Of a stretch of DNA of 64,000 nt, positions 56,235 through 64,000 are shown piece after piece. The stretch is taken from NCBI GenBank assembly GCA_049966795.1, contig JBMFTY010000001.1, positions 14,444 through 78,443 on the forward strand. Direction: 5' to 3'. The position numbers and the translations under genes were made by a program. Every line of letters starts with the position of its first letter. The stretch's first letter is position 1. The stretch comes from Thermoplasmata archaeon. GTDB taxonomy: Archaea > Thermoplasmatota > Thermoplasmata > Thermoplasmatales > GCA-001856825. The notes below the pieces were generated by a model, which saw only the letters and a program-made list of their open reading frames with translations, had not been told where the DNA came from and searched no databases.

Positions 56235-57581
56235 TCACACTATCTTTGGGAAATTGAATTCCTGCGGTTCCCAGTCTTCCAGTTTTTTGTGATTGTATAG
56301 GTCATAAGCCGCCAGGTCCAGGAGTCCATGGCCTGAGTTGTTGAACACGATCACCTCTTCCTTCCCTTCCCTCTTGCATCTCAGGGCCTCGTCGATCACA
56401 AATCTTATCTCGTGGGCGGATTCAGGGGCGGGAATGATTCCCTCAGTTTTTGCGAATATCGTTCCAGCCTCAAATACGGCATTCTGCGTATAGGCATATG
56501 ATTCCATGTAGCCTCTCTTGATGAGGTAAGATATTATGGGAGACATACCGTGGTATCTGAGCCCACCCGCATGAATTGGCGGGTTTCTGTAATCGCTTCC
56601 TAGAGTGAGCATCTTCAGGAGGGGCGTGAGGTGACCGGTATCGCCATAATCGTACGTGTACACACCCTTCGTGGTATGAGGAACTGCTGAAGACTCACAG
56701 GCCACGAATCTTGCATCCAGCTTTCCCCTGAGTTTCTTCCCCATGAATGGAAGAGAGAACCCACCAAAATTGGAACCGCCTCCAATGTTTCCCACGATAA
56801 CATCGGGGGTCTCATCCACGATCTCCAGCTGCTTTTCAACCTCCTGACCTATGACAGTCTGGTGAAGAAGCACGTGGTTGAGAACGGACCCCAGGGAGTA
56901 TTTCGTGTTTTCGTGCGTAAGAGCATCCTCTATCGCCTCCGATATCGCGATGCCGAGGGATCCAGGATTGTCAGGATCCTCTTTCAGCAGCCTTCTGCCG
57001 AATTCGGTATTTTCACTGGGAGAGGAATAGCATGTGGCCCCCCAGGTTTCCATCATTATCTTTCGTCCCGGCTTCTGCCTGTAGCTTGCGGAGACCATGT
57101 AGACCCTTGCCCTGAGGCCAAAGTAGGCCGCAGCCATTGAAAGCGCTGATCCCCATTGCCCGGCACCTGTCTCCGTAACGAGGGTTTCCACCCCTTCCAC
57201 CGAATTGTAGAATGCCTGAGCCAGGGCGGTATTAGGCTTATGGCTCCCCGCAGGATTCACCCCTTCCCATTTGTAGTAGATCCTTGCCGGAGTTTTCAGG
57301 AACTTCTCGAGACCGTATGCCCTGAATAACGGGGTTGGCCTTGGAAGCCATCTGTATGCCTCCTGAACCTCCTCAGGGATGTCGATGAACCTCTCCTGCG
57401 ATGCCTCCTGGCGAACAAGTTCCCTTGCGAATATTCTTGTAAGCTTCTCAGGATTCACAGGTTCATGAGTTTCGGGGTCGAGCGGAGGCGGAAGTGGTTC
57501 CGGCAGATCTGCCTGGATGTTGTACCATCTCTTCGGGATGTCCTCCTGGTCGAGGAATATGGCTCTATCCTTGTTCTTCAC
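56235..57581 (-). CDS. trpB2: TrpB2-type tryptophan synthase beta-like PLP enzyme (standalone)
   Basis: 448 aa with the N-terminal extension typical of TrpB2. Motifs include [11 protein letters not shown] (PLP Lys) and GGGSNFGG. No trpA gene is adjacent. Confidence 0.85.
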   Translation of the reverse strand: MKNKDRAIFLDQEDIPKRWYNIQADLPEPLPPPLDPETHEPVNPEKLTRIFARELVRQEASQERFIDIPEEVQEAYRWLPRPTPLFRAYGLEKFLKTPARIYYKWEGVNPAGSHKPNTALAQAFYNSVEGVETLVTETGAGQWGSALSMAAAYFGLRARVYMVSASYRQKPGRKIMMETWGATCYSSPSENTEFGRRLLKEDPDNPGSLGIAISEAIEDALTHENTKYSLGSVLNHVLLHQTVIGQEVEKQLEIVDETPDVIVGNIGGGSNFGGFSLPFMGKKLRGKLDARFVACESSAVPHTTKGVYTYDYGDTGHLTPLLKMLTLGSDYRNPPIHAGGLRYHGMSPIISYLIKRGYMESYAYTQNAVFEAGTIFAKTEGIIPAPESAHEIRFVIDEALRCKREGKEEVIVFNNSGHGLLDLAAYDLYNHKKLEDWEPQEFNFPKIV

Positions 57582-57802
57582 ATGGACGAAACAAAATCTT
57601 GCTCATTAATGTTTCTATCTGGACATTGATGATATATCTAATACTATAGCGTCTAAGAAGCAACAGATTTAATTCTTTCAGTAACCAGAGTAAAACAGTC
57701 AGTATGAAACAACATCAGACAAATACAGACTTTGCGGGAATGCTGCACATTGCCAAAAATTCAATAAGTTAAGGGTTAAATAAGCCTTCAAGCTGATTGG
57801 TT

Positions 57803-59260
57803 ATGAAGATTTCTTTCGTAAATGGTAGAATATACAAGCATTTCAACCCACCTGAGACCTGTGATGCAATAACTGTGGAAAACGGCAGGGTCATTTATGC
57901 TGGAGAAAGCGCGAGGGCGAGATTATTGGGCCATAGGATCATCGATCTTCATGGGAAAACCGTAATCCCGGGGATTATAGATGCGCACATGCATCTTGAC
58001 GAACTCGGAACATACCTGAACATTCTGGACCTGAGGGGAACAAGGTCAATCAGGGAAATGAGAGAAAGGCTCAGGGATTTTGCGGCGACACATGAGGGTC
58101 CCATAATGGGGCACGGCTGGGATCAGGAAATGTTCGAGGAGAAGAGATGGCCAGTGAAAGAGGACATAGATGATATAGTGAACGACAGGCCTGTTCTTCT
58201 TTCAAGGGTGTGCCTTCATGCTGCTCTTGTCAACAGCTTCTTCATAAATGCTGCAGGATATAGAAGCACTTCAGGGATCGTGAAGGAGGAGGAGTTTGAA
58301 GCATTCAGGACTAAGTTCAACTCCCTCGTTCCTTCTGAATTGAAGAGGAAGTTCATCAGCGACGCTTTAAAGGAACTAGCCAGGAACGGAATAACTTCCG
58401 TGGGTTTCGTGTCCTGCAGCAAGGAATCATTCAACATTCTAAAAGACATGGACAAAAACGGGGAAATAGCGATAAGGGTGAATGTGTATATGAACGCAGA
58501 AGACCTTGAGAGCGCTTTGAAACAAAGCAATACGGATCATCTTAGGGTGAAGGGGGTCAAGCTGTTTGTGGACGGTTCCCTAGGCGCAAGGACAGCTCTT
58601 CTGAGTAGGGATTACGATGACGAAGCCACCAGGGGCGAGCAGGTGTTCTCATGGGACTTCCTGAGGGGGAAGATTGATCTTGCTGTTAGAAACGGTCTAC
58701 AGGTTGCGATGCATGCGATAGGTGACGGGGCCATGGACATTGCGATCTCCCTGCTAAGGGATCATCCCCGCCAAAGGATTGAGCACTGCTCCGTGGTTAG
58801 GGACGACCAGCTTGTCAAGCTCAAAGGTTTCAATGCCGTGGTTCAGCCACATTTCCTCATAACAGACTTCTGGATAAAGGAGAGGTTGGGGGAAGAAAGG
58901 GCCAGATGGGCTTACAGGTTTAGGGATCTATCGAAGGTTGCCAATGTTGCCTTCTCAACAGATTCGCCCGTGGAACCAATTGATCCATTCCAGACAATCT
59001 ATGCAGCAGTGACCAGAGGCTTCAATGAGGGGATTTTCCTCTCCAAATTTGAAGACCAGAAGTTCTCCGTCACAGAGGCGCTGCGCTATTACACTGAAGG
59101 GGCTGCAATAGCGCTGGGAGAGAAATACTGCGGGAGAATTGATGAGGGCTACTTCGCAGATTTTGCCATTCTCCCAAGAGATCCCCTTTCGATTGATCCC
59201 AAAGAATTGCTCTCTGTGAAGCCTGATTCCGTTTACGTGTCTGGAGTAAGGATATTCTGA
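57803..59260 (+). CDS. Amidohydrolase_3 (YtcJ-like) metal-dependent hydrolase
   Basis: Has PGIIDAHMHL, KLFVDGSLGART and HAIGD. The start is set at ATG 57803. Confidence 0.75.
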   Translation: MKISFVNGRIYKHFNPPETCDAITVENGRVIYAGESARARLLGHRIIDLHGKTVIPGIIDAHMHLDELGTYLNILDLRGTRSIREMRERLRDFAATHEGPIMGHGWDQEMFEEKRWPVKEDIDDIVNDRPVLLSRVCLHAALVNSFFINAAGYRSTSGIVKEEEFEAFRTKFNSLVPSELKRKFISDALKELARNGITSVGFVSCSKESFNILKDMDKNGEIAIRVNVYMNAEDLESALKQSNTDHLRVKGVKLFVDGSLGARTALLSRDYDDEATRGEQVFSWDFLRGKIDLAVRNGLQVAMHAIGDGAMDIAISLLRDHPRQRIEHCSVVRDDQLVKLKGFNAVVQPHFLITDFWIKERLGEERARWAYRFRDLSKVANVAFSTDSPVEPIDPFQTIYAAVTRGFNEGIFLSKFEDQKFSVTEALRYYTEGAAIALGEKYCGRIDEGYFADFAILPRDPLSIDPKELLSVKPDSVYVSGVRIF

Positions 59261-59345
59261 TGTAATCCCGAATAATTCAAATTGTGAATTTGGAAAAGGC
59301 GTCAGGGAAGTGCGACTCCCCTCTCAAAAGCAATGCTATAGATAA

Positions 59346-59430
59346 CGCCAGGGGGGAGATTTGAACTCCCGAGCTCTTTCGAGCAATAGATCTCGAATCT
59401 ATCGCCTTGGCCGGACTAGGCTACCCTGGC
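59346..59430 (-). tRNA. tRNA-Ser (anticodon CGA), long variable arm
   Basis: GCCAGGG...CCCTGGCG with anticodon arm ATAGA-TTCGAGA-TCTAT, variable arm TGCTCGAAAGAGCTC and T-loop GTTCAAATC. Confidence 0.85.
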
Positions 59431-59576
59431 AGCTGGCTTCTCGTAAAACGATTAAGGGGATATAACTATTTACAGGAATAAGGGGAAGAAATCCATGGCT
59501 AATGGATGAAGTAAATCGCAGCCACATTGGATGGGTCACGAGAAAGATATTTAGGCGGTATTGGCATCAAAAGAAT

Positions 59577-60131
59577 ATGGTGAGGCTCTCGAAGGGTTCG
59601 GTGCTAGTGGTTATAGATGTGCAGGAAGCGTGGTCGGATGAGCGCATGGGGCACAGGAATAATGAGAAAGCTGAAAAGAGAATTGGGGCCTTGATAAAAA
59701 TCTTCAGGGAAAGGAGGATGGGCCTCATACATGTGAGGCACCACTCACTCGATCAAAACTCACCCTTCAATCCAGGAAAGAAATCCTTCGAATTTAAGAA
59801 GGAGGCTAAGCCTCTTGAAGGGGAAGTCGTAATCACGAAGAGGGTCAACAGCGCTTTCATCGGAACAGACTTGGAGAAGAGGCTGAGGGAGATGGGATGC
59901 AGTCAGGTCTTTTACGTCGGGCTCACGACGGACCACTGCGTAAGCACCACAGCGAGAATGTCTGTAAATCTCGGGTTCAGGAGCTACGTGATAGATGATG
60001 CCTGCGCTACCTTTGACAGGAGGTACACTTCAGGGAGAATGATACCGGCGGAGGAGGTCCACAGGGTAAATCTTGCTTCGATAAACGGGGAATTCGCAGA
60101 CGTGATAAACTCGGGGGAAATAGAGTTGTGA
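59577..60131 (+). CDS. Isochorismatase-family cysteine hydrolase
   Basis: VLVVIDVQEAW...GLTTDHCVSTTAR is the family signature. The start is set at the internal ATG 59577. Confidence 0.75.
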   Translation: MVRLSKGSVLVVIDVQEAWSDERMGHRNNEKAEKRIGALIKIFRERRMGLIHVRHHSLDQNSPFNPGKKSFEFKKEAKPLEGEVVITKRVNSAFIGTDLEKRLREMGCSQVFYVGLTTDHCVSTTARMSVNLGFRSYVIDDACATFDRRYTSGRMIPAEEVHRVNLASINGEFADVINSGEIEL

Positions 60132-60285
60132 GTCCCTTCCTCCAATTGCATTTGGCCTTTTCCAATCTTCCTTCGGCGTGGAGGGAGCAACCGGATCGGA
60201 GCAATTTGTATACAGCTAAGCTCCGAGCGTTCATAGAGTGGCCTCATGGGCAAAACCATAAAATAGTGCCTCAAAATCGAATCTG

Positions 60286-61341
60286 ATGAATCCGGTCCTC
60301 ACGATCGACACCTTGAAGATAAAGAGGAATGCGCTCAAGCTTAAAGAAATGTTATCGAGAAAAGGTGTTGACGTGGTCGGAGTTACGAAAGTCGTCCAGG
60401 GTGATGTGAGGATAGCGCAATCTCTGTTGGAAGCCGGCCTGAGCTGGCTTGGTGAATCTAGAATAGAGAACATAGCGAATATGAGAAAGAAGGGGATAGA
60501 GGCAAGCATTCTGCAGATAAGGTCTCCCCAGTTGTCAGAGTCCATTCGTTCGGTCAGGTACGCCGACGCTGCCCTTGTCAGTGATTCCACAATTGCAAGG
60601 GCTCTCTCTTCAAGCGCCAAAAGAATTGGGAAGAGGTTCGGAGTGATAGTGATGATCGAACTCGGGGACTTGAGAGAGGGCATAATGCCTGAGACTGCAG
60701 TTAGTTTTGCGAAGGAGATGAGAGATAACGGCGTGGAATTCCTTGGGATAGGTACCAATCTAGGATGCTACGGCGGTGTGATACCAACAAGGGAGAAGCT
60801 GGAGAATCTTTTGTCAGTGAGGGATGAACTGGTCGACAGGGGATTCGATGTTCCCGTCGTTTCAGGAGGAGCTACAGATACAATCAAGCTCTTCGAGGAT
60901 GGGGGCATAAGTGGGATAAACCAGCTCAGGATAGGCGAGGCGATCATGTTCGGGAACGACACGACAAGAAACAGGGAAATACCTTATCTGGAGAGAGACA
61001 CGATGATCCTCAGGGCGGAGGTCATTGAGTGCAGGAGGAAGAGATCCCTGCCGTACGGGGAGATAGGTAGGGATGCCTTCGGCAACATTCCGAAGATTGA
61101 GGACAGGGGTGAGAGACTCAGGGCAATAGTGGCCCTTGGAAAGCAGGACATAGAGATAGGGAGCCTGAAGGCCGTGGACCCCGGAATAGAGATCCTGGGA
61201 GGGAGCGGGGATCATCTGATCCTAGATATTGAGGAGAGCGAGAACAGGTATGGACCAGGTTCAACGGTGGAGTTCATCCCGGGGTACCAGAGCGTTCTTA
61301 GATTGATGCTCTCCCCATCCATCAGGAAACATTACGTGTAA
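60286..61341 (+). CDS. Alanine-racemase-fold PLP enzyme (predicted amino-acid racemase, COG3457-like)
   Basis: VVGVTKV (putative PLP Lys) and barrel-like periodicity. Tentative family-level call only. Confidence 0.55.
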   Translation: MNPVLTIDTLKIKRNALKLKEMLSRKGVDVVGVTKVVQGDVRIAQSLLEAGLSWLGESRIENIANMRKKGIEASILQIRSPQLSESIRSVRYADAALVSDSTIARALSSSAKRIGKRFGVIVMIELGDLREGIMPETAVSFAKEMRDNGVEFLGIGTNLGCYGGVIPTREKLENLLSVRDELVDRGFDVPVVSGGATDTIKLFEDGGISGINQLRIGEAIMFGNDTTRNREIPYLERDTMILRAEVIECRRKRSLPYGEIGRDAFGNIPKIEDRGERLRAIVALGKQDIEIGSLKAVDPGIEILGGSGDHLILDIEESENRYGPGSTVEFIPGYQSVLRLMLSPSIRKHYV

Positions 61342-61438
61342 CTTTCGCAACGGCCTTGCATTTTCGGGAAAATTACAGCAATGAACTGAAAAAAGATGAG
61401 CTTTTTATAGGCTCGGATTCTCCCGGAAATGGATTCGA

Positions 61439-61510
61439 TGGACTGGCGGGGATTTGAACCCCGGACCTCCTGCTTGCAAAGCAGGCGATCTTCCGCTGAT
61501 CTACCAGCCC
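61439..61510 (-). tRNA. tRNA-Ala (anticodon TGC)
   Basis: GGGCTGG...CCAGTCCA with the G3:U70 identity pair, anticodon arm CCTGC-TTTGCAA-GCAGG and T-loop GGTTCAAATCC. Confidence 0.9.
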
Positions 61511-62244
61511 TCTTGTCTTGACCTGATCTTCTTCTCCTTTGAAATCTTTATTTCATTAAGAGTCTGCTCATCTATGCTGCCACTGAATTCCTGGGGTTCC
61601 ATCATGCTCTCCGCAGGCACGAACTTGCAGATGAATACCTCCTGGCCCGCGTGGTATATCCTTTCCCCACTCTCAAGTATGGCCTCGCTTCTTATGGGGA
61701 TAAGCAGGGGGGAATCAAAGTGGTAAAGGCCGGCGATGTATGCTTTCTCCGCCGAGCTGGATAGGTGCACCCATCTTCTGTCGGAAGGGAGTATCCCGTT
61801 TTCCTTCAGGATATCGAACTCCTCCCTGTTCGTCGGATAGTAGAGAATTTCAGGAATCCCGTCCGATGGAAGGTCAGTCAGGTCCACGTCAATGGTGTGC
61901 CCGTAGGTAGCCCTTAAATACCTCTTGTTGTCAGAAAGCTGGTACCTCCCCTTTCCGTCCGTCAGGACAATCGCAAATATGTGGGATGGTCCAACGAAGT
62001 GAAGCCTCCTGTTGTAGAACCTTATCTCCTGGACCATCTCGTCTATGTTCACATAGCCGTGCTCATTTATCTCAAGATGGTACTTCTCAGGCTTGTGGCG
62101 AAGTATCTTTGTTATCGTCCTCCCCAGCATATCCACCTCTTCCTCGGACAAGATGAATTTACCTTCCTCGCCGCACTGGGGGCAGGATGTTCCCCTGTAG
62201 TACCCATGGACGGCGCATTTCCTTATCTGGTTGCTGGGCACCAA
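61501..62244 (-). CDS. kptA: RNA 2'-phosphotransferase Tpt1/KptA with an N-terminal zinc ribbon
   Basis: Has ILRHKPEKYHLEINEHGYV, RATYGHTIDV and WVHLS. The N-terminus reads CAVHGYYRGTSCPQCG. Confidence 0.8.
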   Translation of the reverse strand: MVPSNQIRKCAVHGYYRGTSCPQCGEEGKFILSEEEVDMLGRTITKILRHKPEKYHLEINEHGYVNIDEMVQEIRFYNRRLHFVGPSHIFAIVLTDGKGRYQLSDNKRYLRATYGHTIDVDLTDLPSDGIPEILYYPTNREEFDILKENGILPSDRRWVHLSSSAEKAYIAGLYHFDSPLLIPIRSEAILESGERIYHAGQEVFICKFVPAESMMEPQEFSGSIDEQTLNEIKISKEKKIRSRQEGW

Positions 62245-62327
62245 CTGGCATCGTAAAATGAATTATAATCTTTTACATAGCCCGTGGCTCAAAAGATATA
62301 TAACACAGGGGGATTGGACGGGGGAAG

Positions 62328-63059
62328 ATGGACGAATACAACCTGCTCCTCCTCATAACAATACCAGTGCTCTTTGTTCTTAGCCTGAAGATAAAGGCGT
62401 TCAGCAGAGCCGGAGCTATAGCATCTGCAGCCATTGGAGCTATAATAATAATGGGTGGGGGGTGGCTTTATTTCGTCATGCTCTTCCTCTTCTTGGGTCT
62501 CTCTTACATCTCTACTCTTGCGGGTTTCGAAAGGAAGAGCAGAAGAAAATTGCAGGAGGGAATAAAAGGAGAGAGGGGGGCAAGCAGCGTCCTTGCCGCA
62601 GGTCTTATCCCTGCGGCATCTTCCCTTATGATCCTCTGGGGCGTCAATGCAACGGATGTCTTCTTCCTTTACATGGTGGCCCTTGGAGTCATACTTGCCG
62701 ATACGGCCGCTTCGGAAATAGGCTCCCTCGATGATAACACCTACATGATTCTGACACTTCGACCGGTGGAAACAGGCGTCAACGGTGGAATTTCAATTCT
62801 GGGAACAGCTGTCTCCTTCTTTTTTCCCCTTCTCTTCTCTCTCATAGGATTCACCATATACGGCATTTCCAACTTTGTTGCGCTCTCATCCCTTTCCTTG
62901 TTCATTGTTCTCACGACTGTGCTTTCATTCGCGGGTTCCATGTTCGATTCAGTCCTGGGTGAAACCCTAGAAAACAGGGGGCACATCTCCAAGTACGGTG
63001 TCAATTTTCTCTCCGCGCTTTTCTCATTTCTGGTAGGTTTGGCGATAGTCTTCAGATAA
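62328..63059 (+). CDS. DUF92/TMEM19-family integral membrane protein
   Basis: 243 aa with multiple hydrophobic helices and a DTAASEIG motif. Confidence 0.6.
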   Translation: MDEYNLLLLITIPVLFVLSLKIKAFSRAGAIASAAIGAIIIMGGGWLYFVMLFLFLGLSYISTLAGFERKSRRKLQEGIKGERGASSVLAAGLIPAASSLMILWGVNATDVFFLYMVALGVILADTAASEIGSLDDNTYMILTLRPVETGVNGGISILGTAVSFFFPLLFSLIGFTIYGISNFVALSSLSLFIVLTTVLSFAGSMFDSVLGETLENRGHISKYGVNFLSALFSFLVGLAIVFR

Positions 63060-63089
63060 CTTATTCTAAGGAGTTTGATATACAAGGGA

Positions 63090-64000
63090 ATGAAGATTTT
63101 GCTAGTGATTGCAGATGGCCTCGGAGACAGGCCTGCGCAGTCCCTAGGAGGGCACACCCCCCTCGAGGCTGCAAATACGCGGAATCTTGACGAGCTTTCC
63201 AGGGAAGGTATGGTGGGTCTCATTGATCCGATCAGACCTGGCATAATTCCAGGCTCGGATACCTCGCATCTAAACTACCTCGGCTACGATCCTGAGAAGT
63301 ACTACTCAGGGCGGGGACCATTTGAAGCTCTTGGAACGGGATTGAAATTGAAGGGCGGTGATGTCGCATTCAGAGCAAACTTCGCAACGGTAGACGAGCG
63401 GGGCATCGTTGTGGACAGAAGGGCGGGAAGGATCAGGGAACGCACAGACGAACTTGCGGAGTCGTTAAACATGAGGATCGAGGACGTGGACATCTTATTC
63501 AAGGAGGGGACAGAGCACAGGGCTGCGCTTGTTCTCAGGGGTCCGGGAATTAATATGAATGTGACGGACAACGATCCCCATTCGGATAACCTTCCCCCCA
63601 ATGAGATCAGGGCAACGGACAGCAGTGGGGAGAAGACTGCCAGAATACTGAGGGAGTTCTTTTCCAGGTCACTTGAAATTCTTAATAATCATCCGGTGAA
63701 CAAGAATCGGAAGACGCGCGGTCTCAGGGTAGCAAACGCGATCCTGTTCAGGGGTGGGGGCGTGGTACCAGCTCTTCCAGACTTCAAGGAGAAGTTCAAG
63801 ATCGCCGGTGGATTCGTTGCGGCCGTCGCCTTGGTCTCGGGAATATGCCGTCTGGCGGGACTGAGGGACTTCACACCGAAGGGCGTGACAGGTTCCCTCG
63901 ACACAAATGTATCCGGAAAGATTCAGGCTGCACTGGACGCACTCAAGGAGGTTGATTTTGTTCTCGTGAACATAAAAGGGACGGATATCGCGGGACATGA
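63090..64000 (+). CDS. apgM: Cofactor-independent phosphoglycerate mutase, archaeal type (3' end beyond the window)
   Basis: My translation is MKILLVIADGLGDRP...TPLEAANTRNLD...GSDTSHLNYLGYDP...NIKGTDIAGH. It is not in the ORF track because it is open at the window end. Confidence 0.85.
   Translation, partial: MKILLVIADGLGDRPAQSLGGHTPLEAANTRNLDELSREGMVGLIDPIRPGIIPGSDTSHLNYLGYDPEKYYSGRGPFEALGTGLKLKGGDVAFRANFATVDERGIVVDRRAGRIRERTDELAESLNMRIEDVDILFKEGTEHRAALVLRGPGINMNVTDNDPHSDNLPPNEIRATDSSGEKTARILREFFSRSLEILNNHPVNKNRKTRGLRVANAILFRGGGVVPALPDFKEKFKIAGGFVAAVALVSGICRLAGLRDFTPKGVTGSLDTNVSGKIQAALDALKEVDFVLVNIKGTDIAGH

Noticed and set aside
1-64000. I looked for CRISPR arrays, transposases, integrases, toxin-antitoxin pairs, restriction-modification systems or other defence islands.
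   Set aside because: I saw no regularly spaced direct repeats and no ORF with transposase, integrase, Cas or defence-type motifs. The only selfish element I can support is the queE mini-intein. A by-eye scan cannot exclude short or degenerate repeats.

Overview
This is an archaeal chromosomal segment, densely packed with housekeeping genes and showing no obvious foreign island. The gene content is euryarchaeal and looks Thermoplasmata-like: thermosome, prefoldin, XPB-Bax1, RadB, FEN-1, class V FBP aldolase/phosphatase, archaeal pantoate kinase, an unlinked 5S rRNA and ribosomal protein L40e. All calls come from reading the supplied ORF translations and the raw sequence by eye and recalling family motifs; nothing was run. 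I call about 70 CDS, 5 tRNAs (Pro-CGG, Val-TAC, Thr-TGT, Ser-CGA, Ala-TGC) and one 5S rRNA hidden under spurious ORFs. I also call a 43-aa L40e gene that is absent from the ORF track and a 138-aa mini-intein inside queE.

The locus most worth follow-up is 7.2-14.6 kb. A Cys-rich HTH_10 regulator and a divergent TusA-like gene precede a 569-bp structured non-coding leader. After the leader comes a tightly coupled operon: DsrE-like, TusA, MvhD-like, short HdrA/QmoA-like, full HdrA/QmoB-like, small wHTH, and a QmoC-like FeS plus membrane cytochrome b fusion. This looks like a persulfide relay wired to a Qmo/Hdr-type membrane complex, and no AprAB, Sat or DsrAB genes are in view.

Other notable items:
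- The queE intein interrupts the radical-SAM CxxxCxxC motif and appears to start with Thr.
- An encapsulated-ferritin homologue has no encapsulin shell gene and no targeting tail.
- A bacterial-style sufCBDSU operon sits beside a SufR-like 4-Cys regulator.
- A zinc-ribbon Tpt1/KptA gene overlaps the 5' end of tRNA-Ala.
- A DUF1015 gene sits next to a standalone TrpB2.
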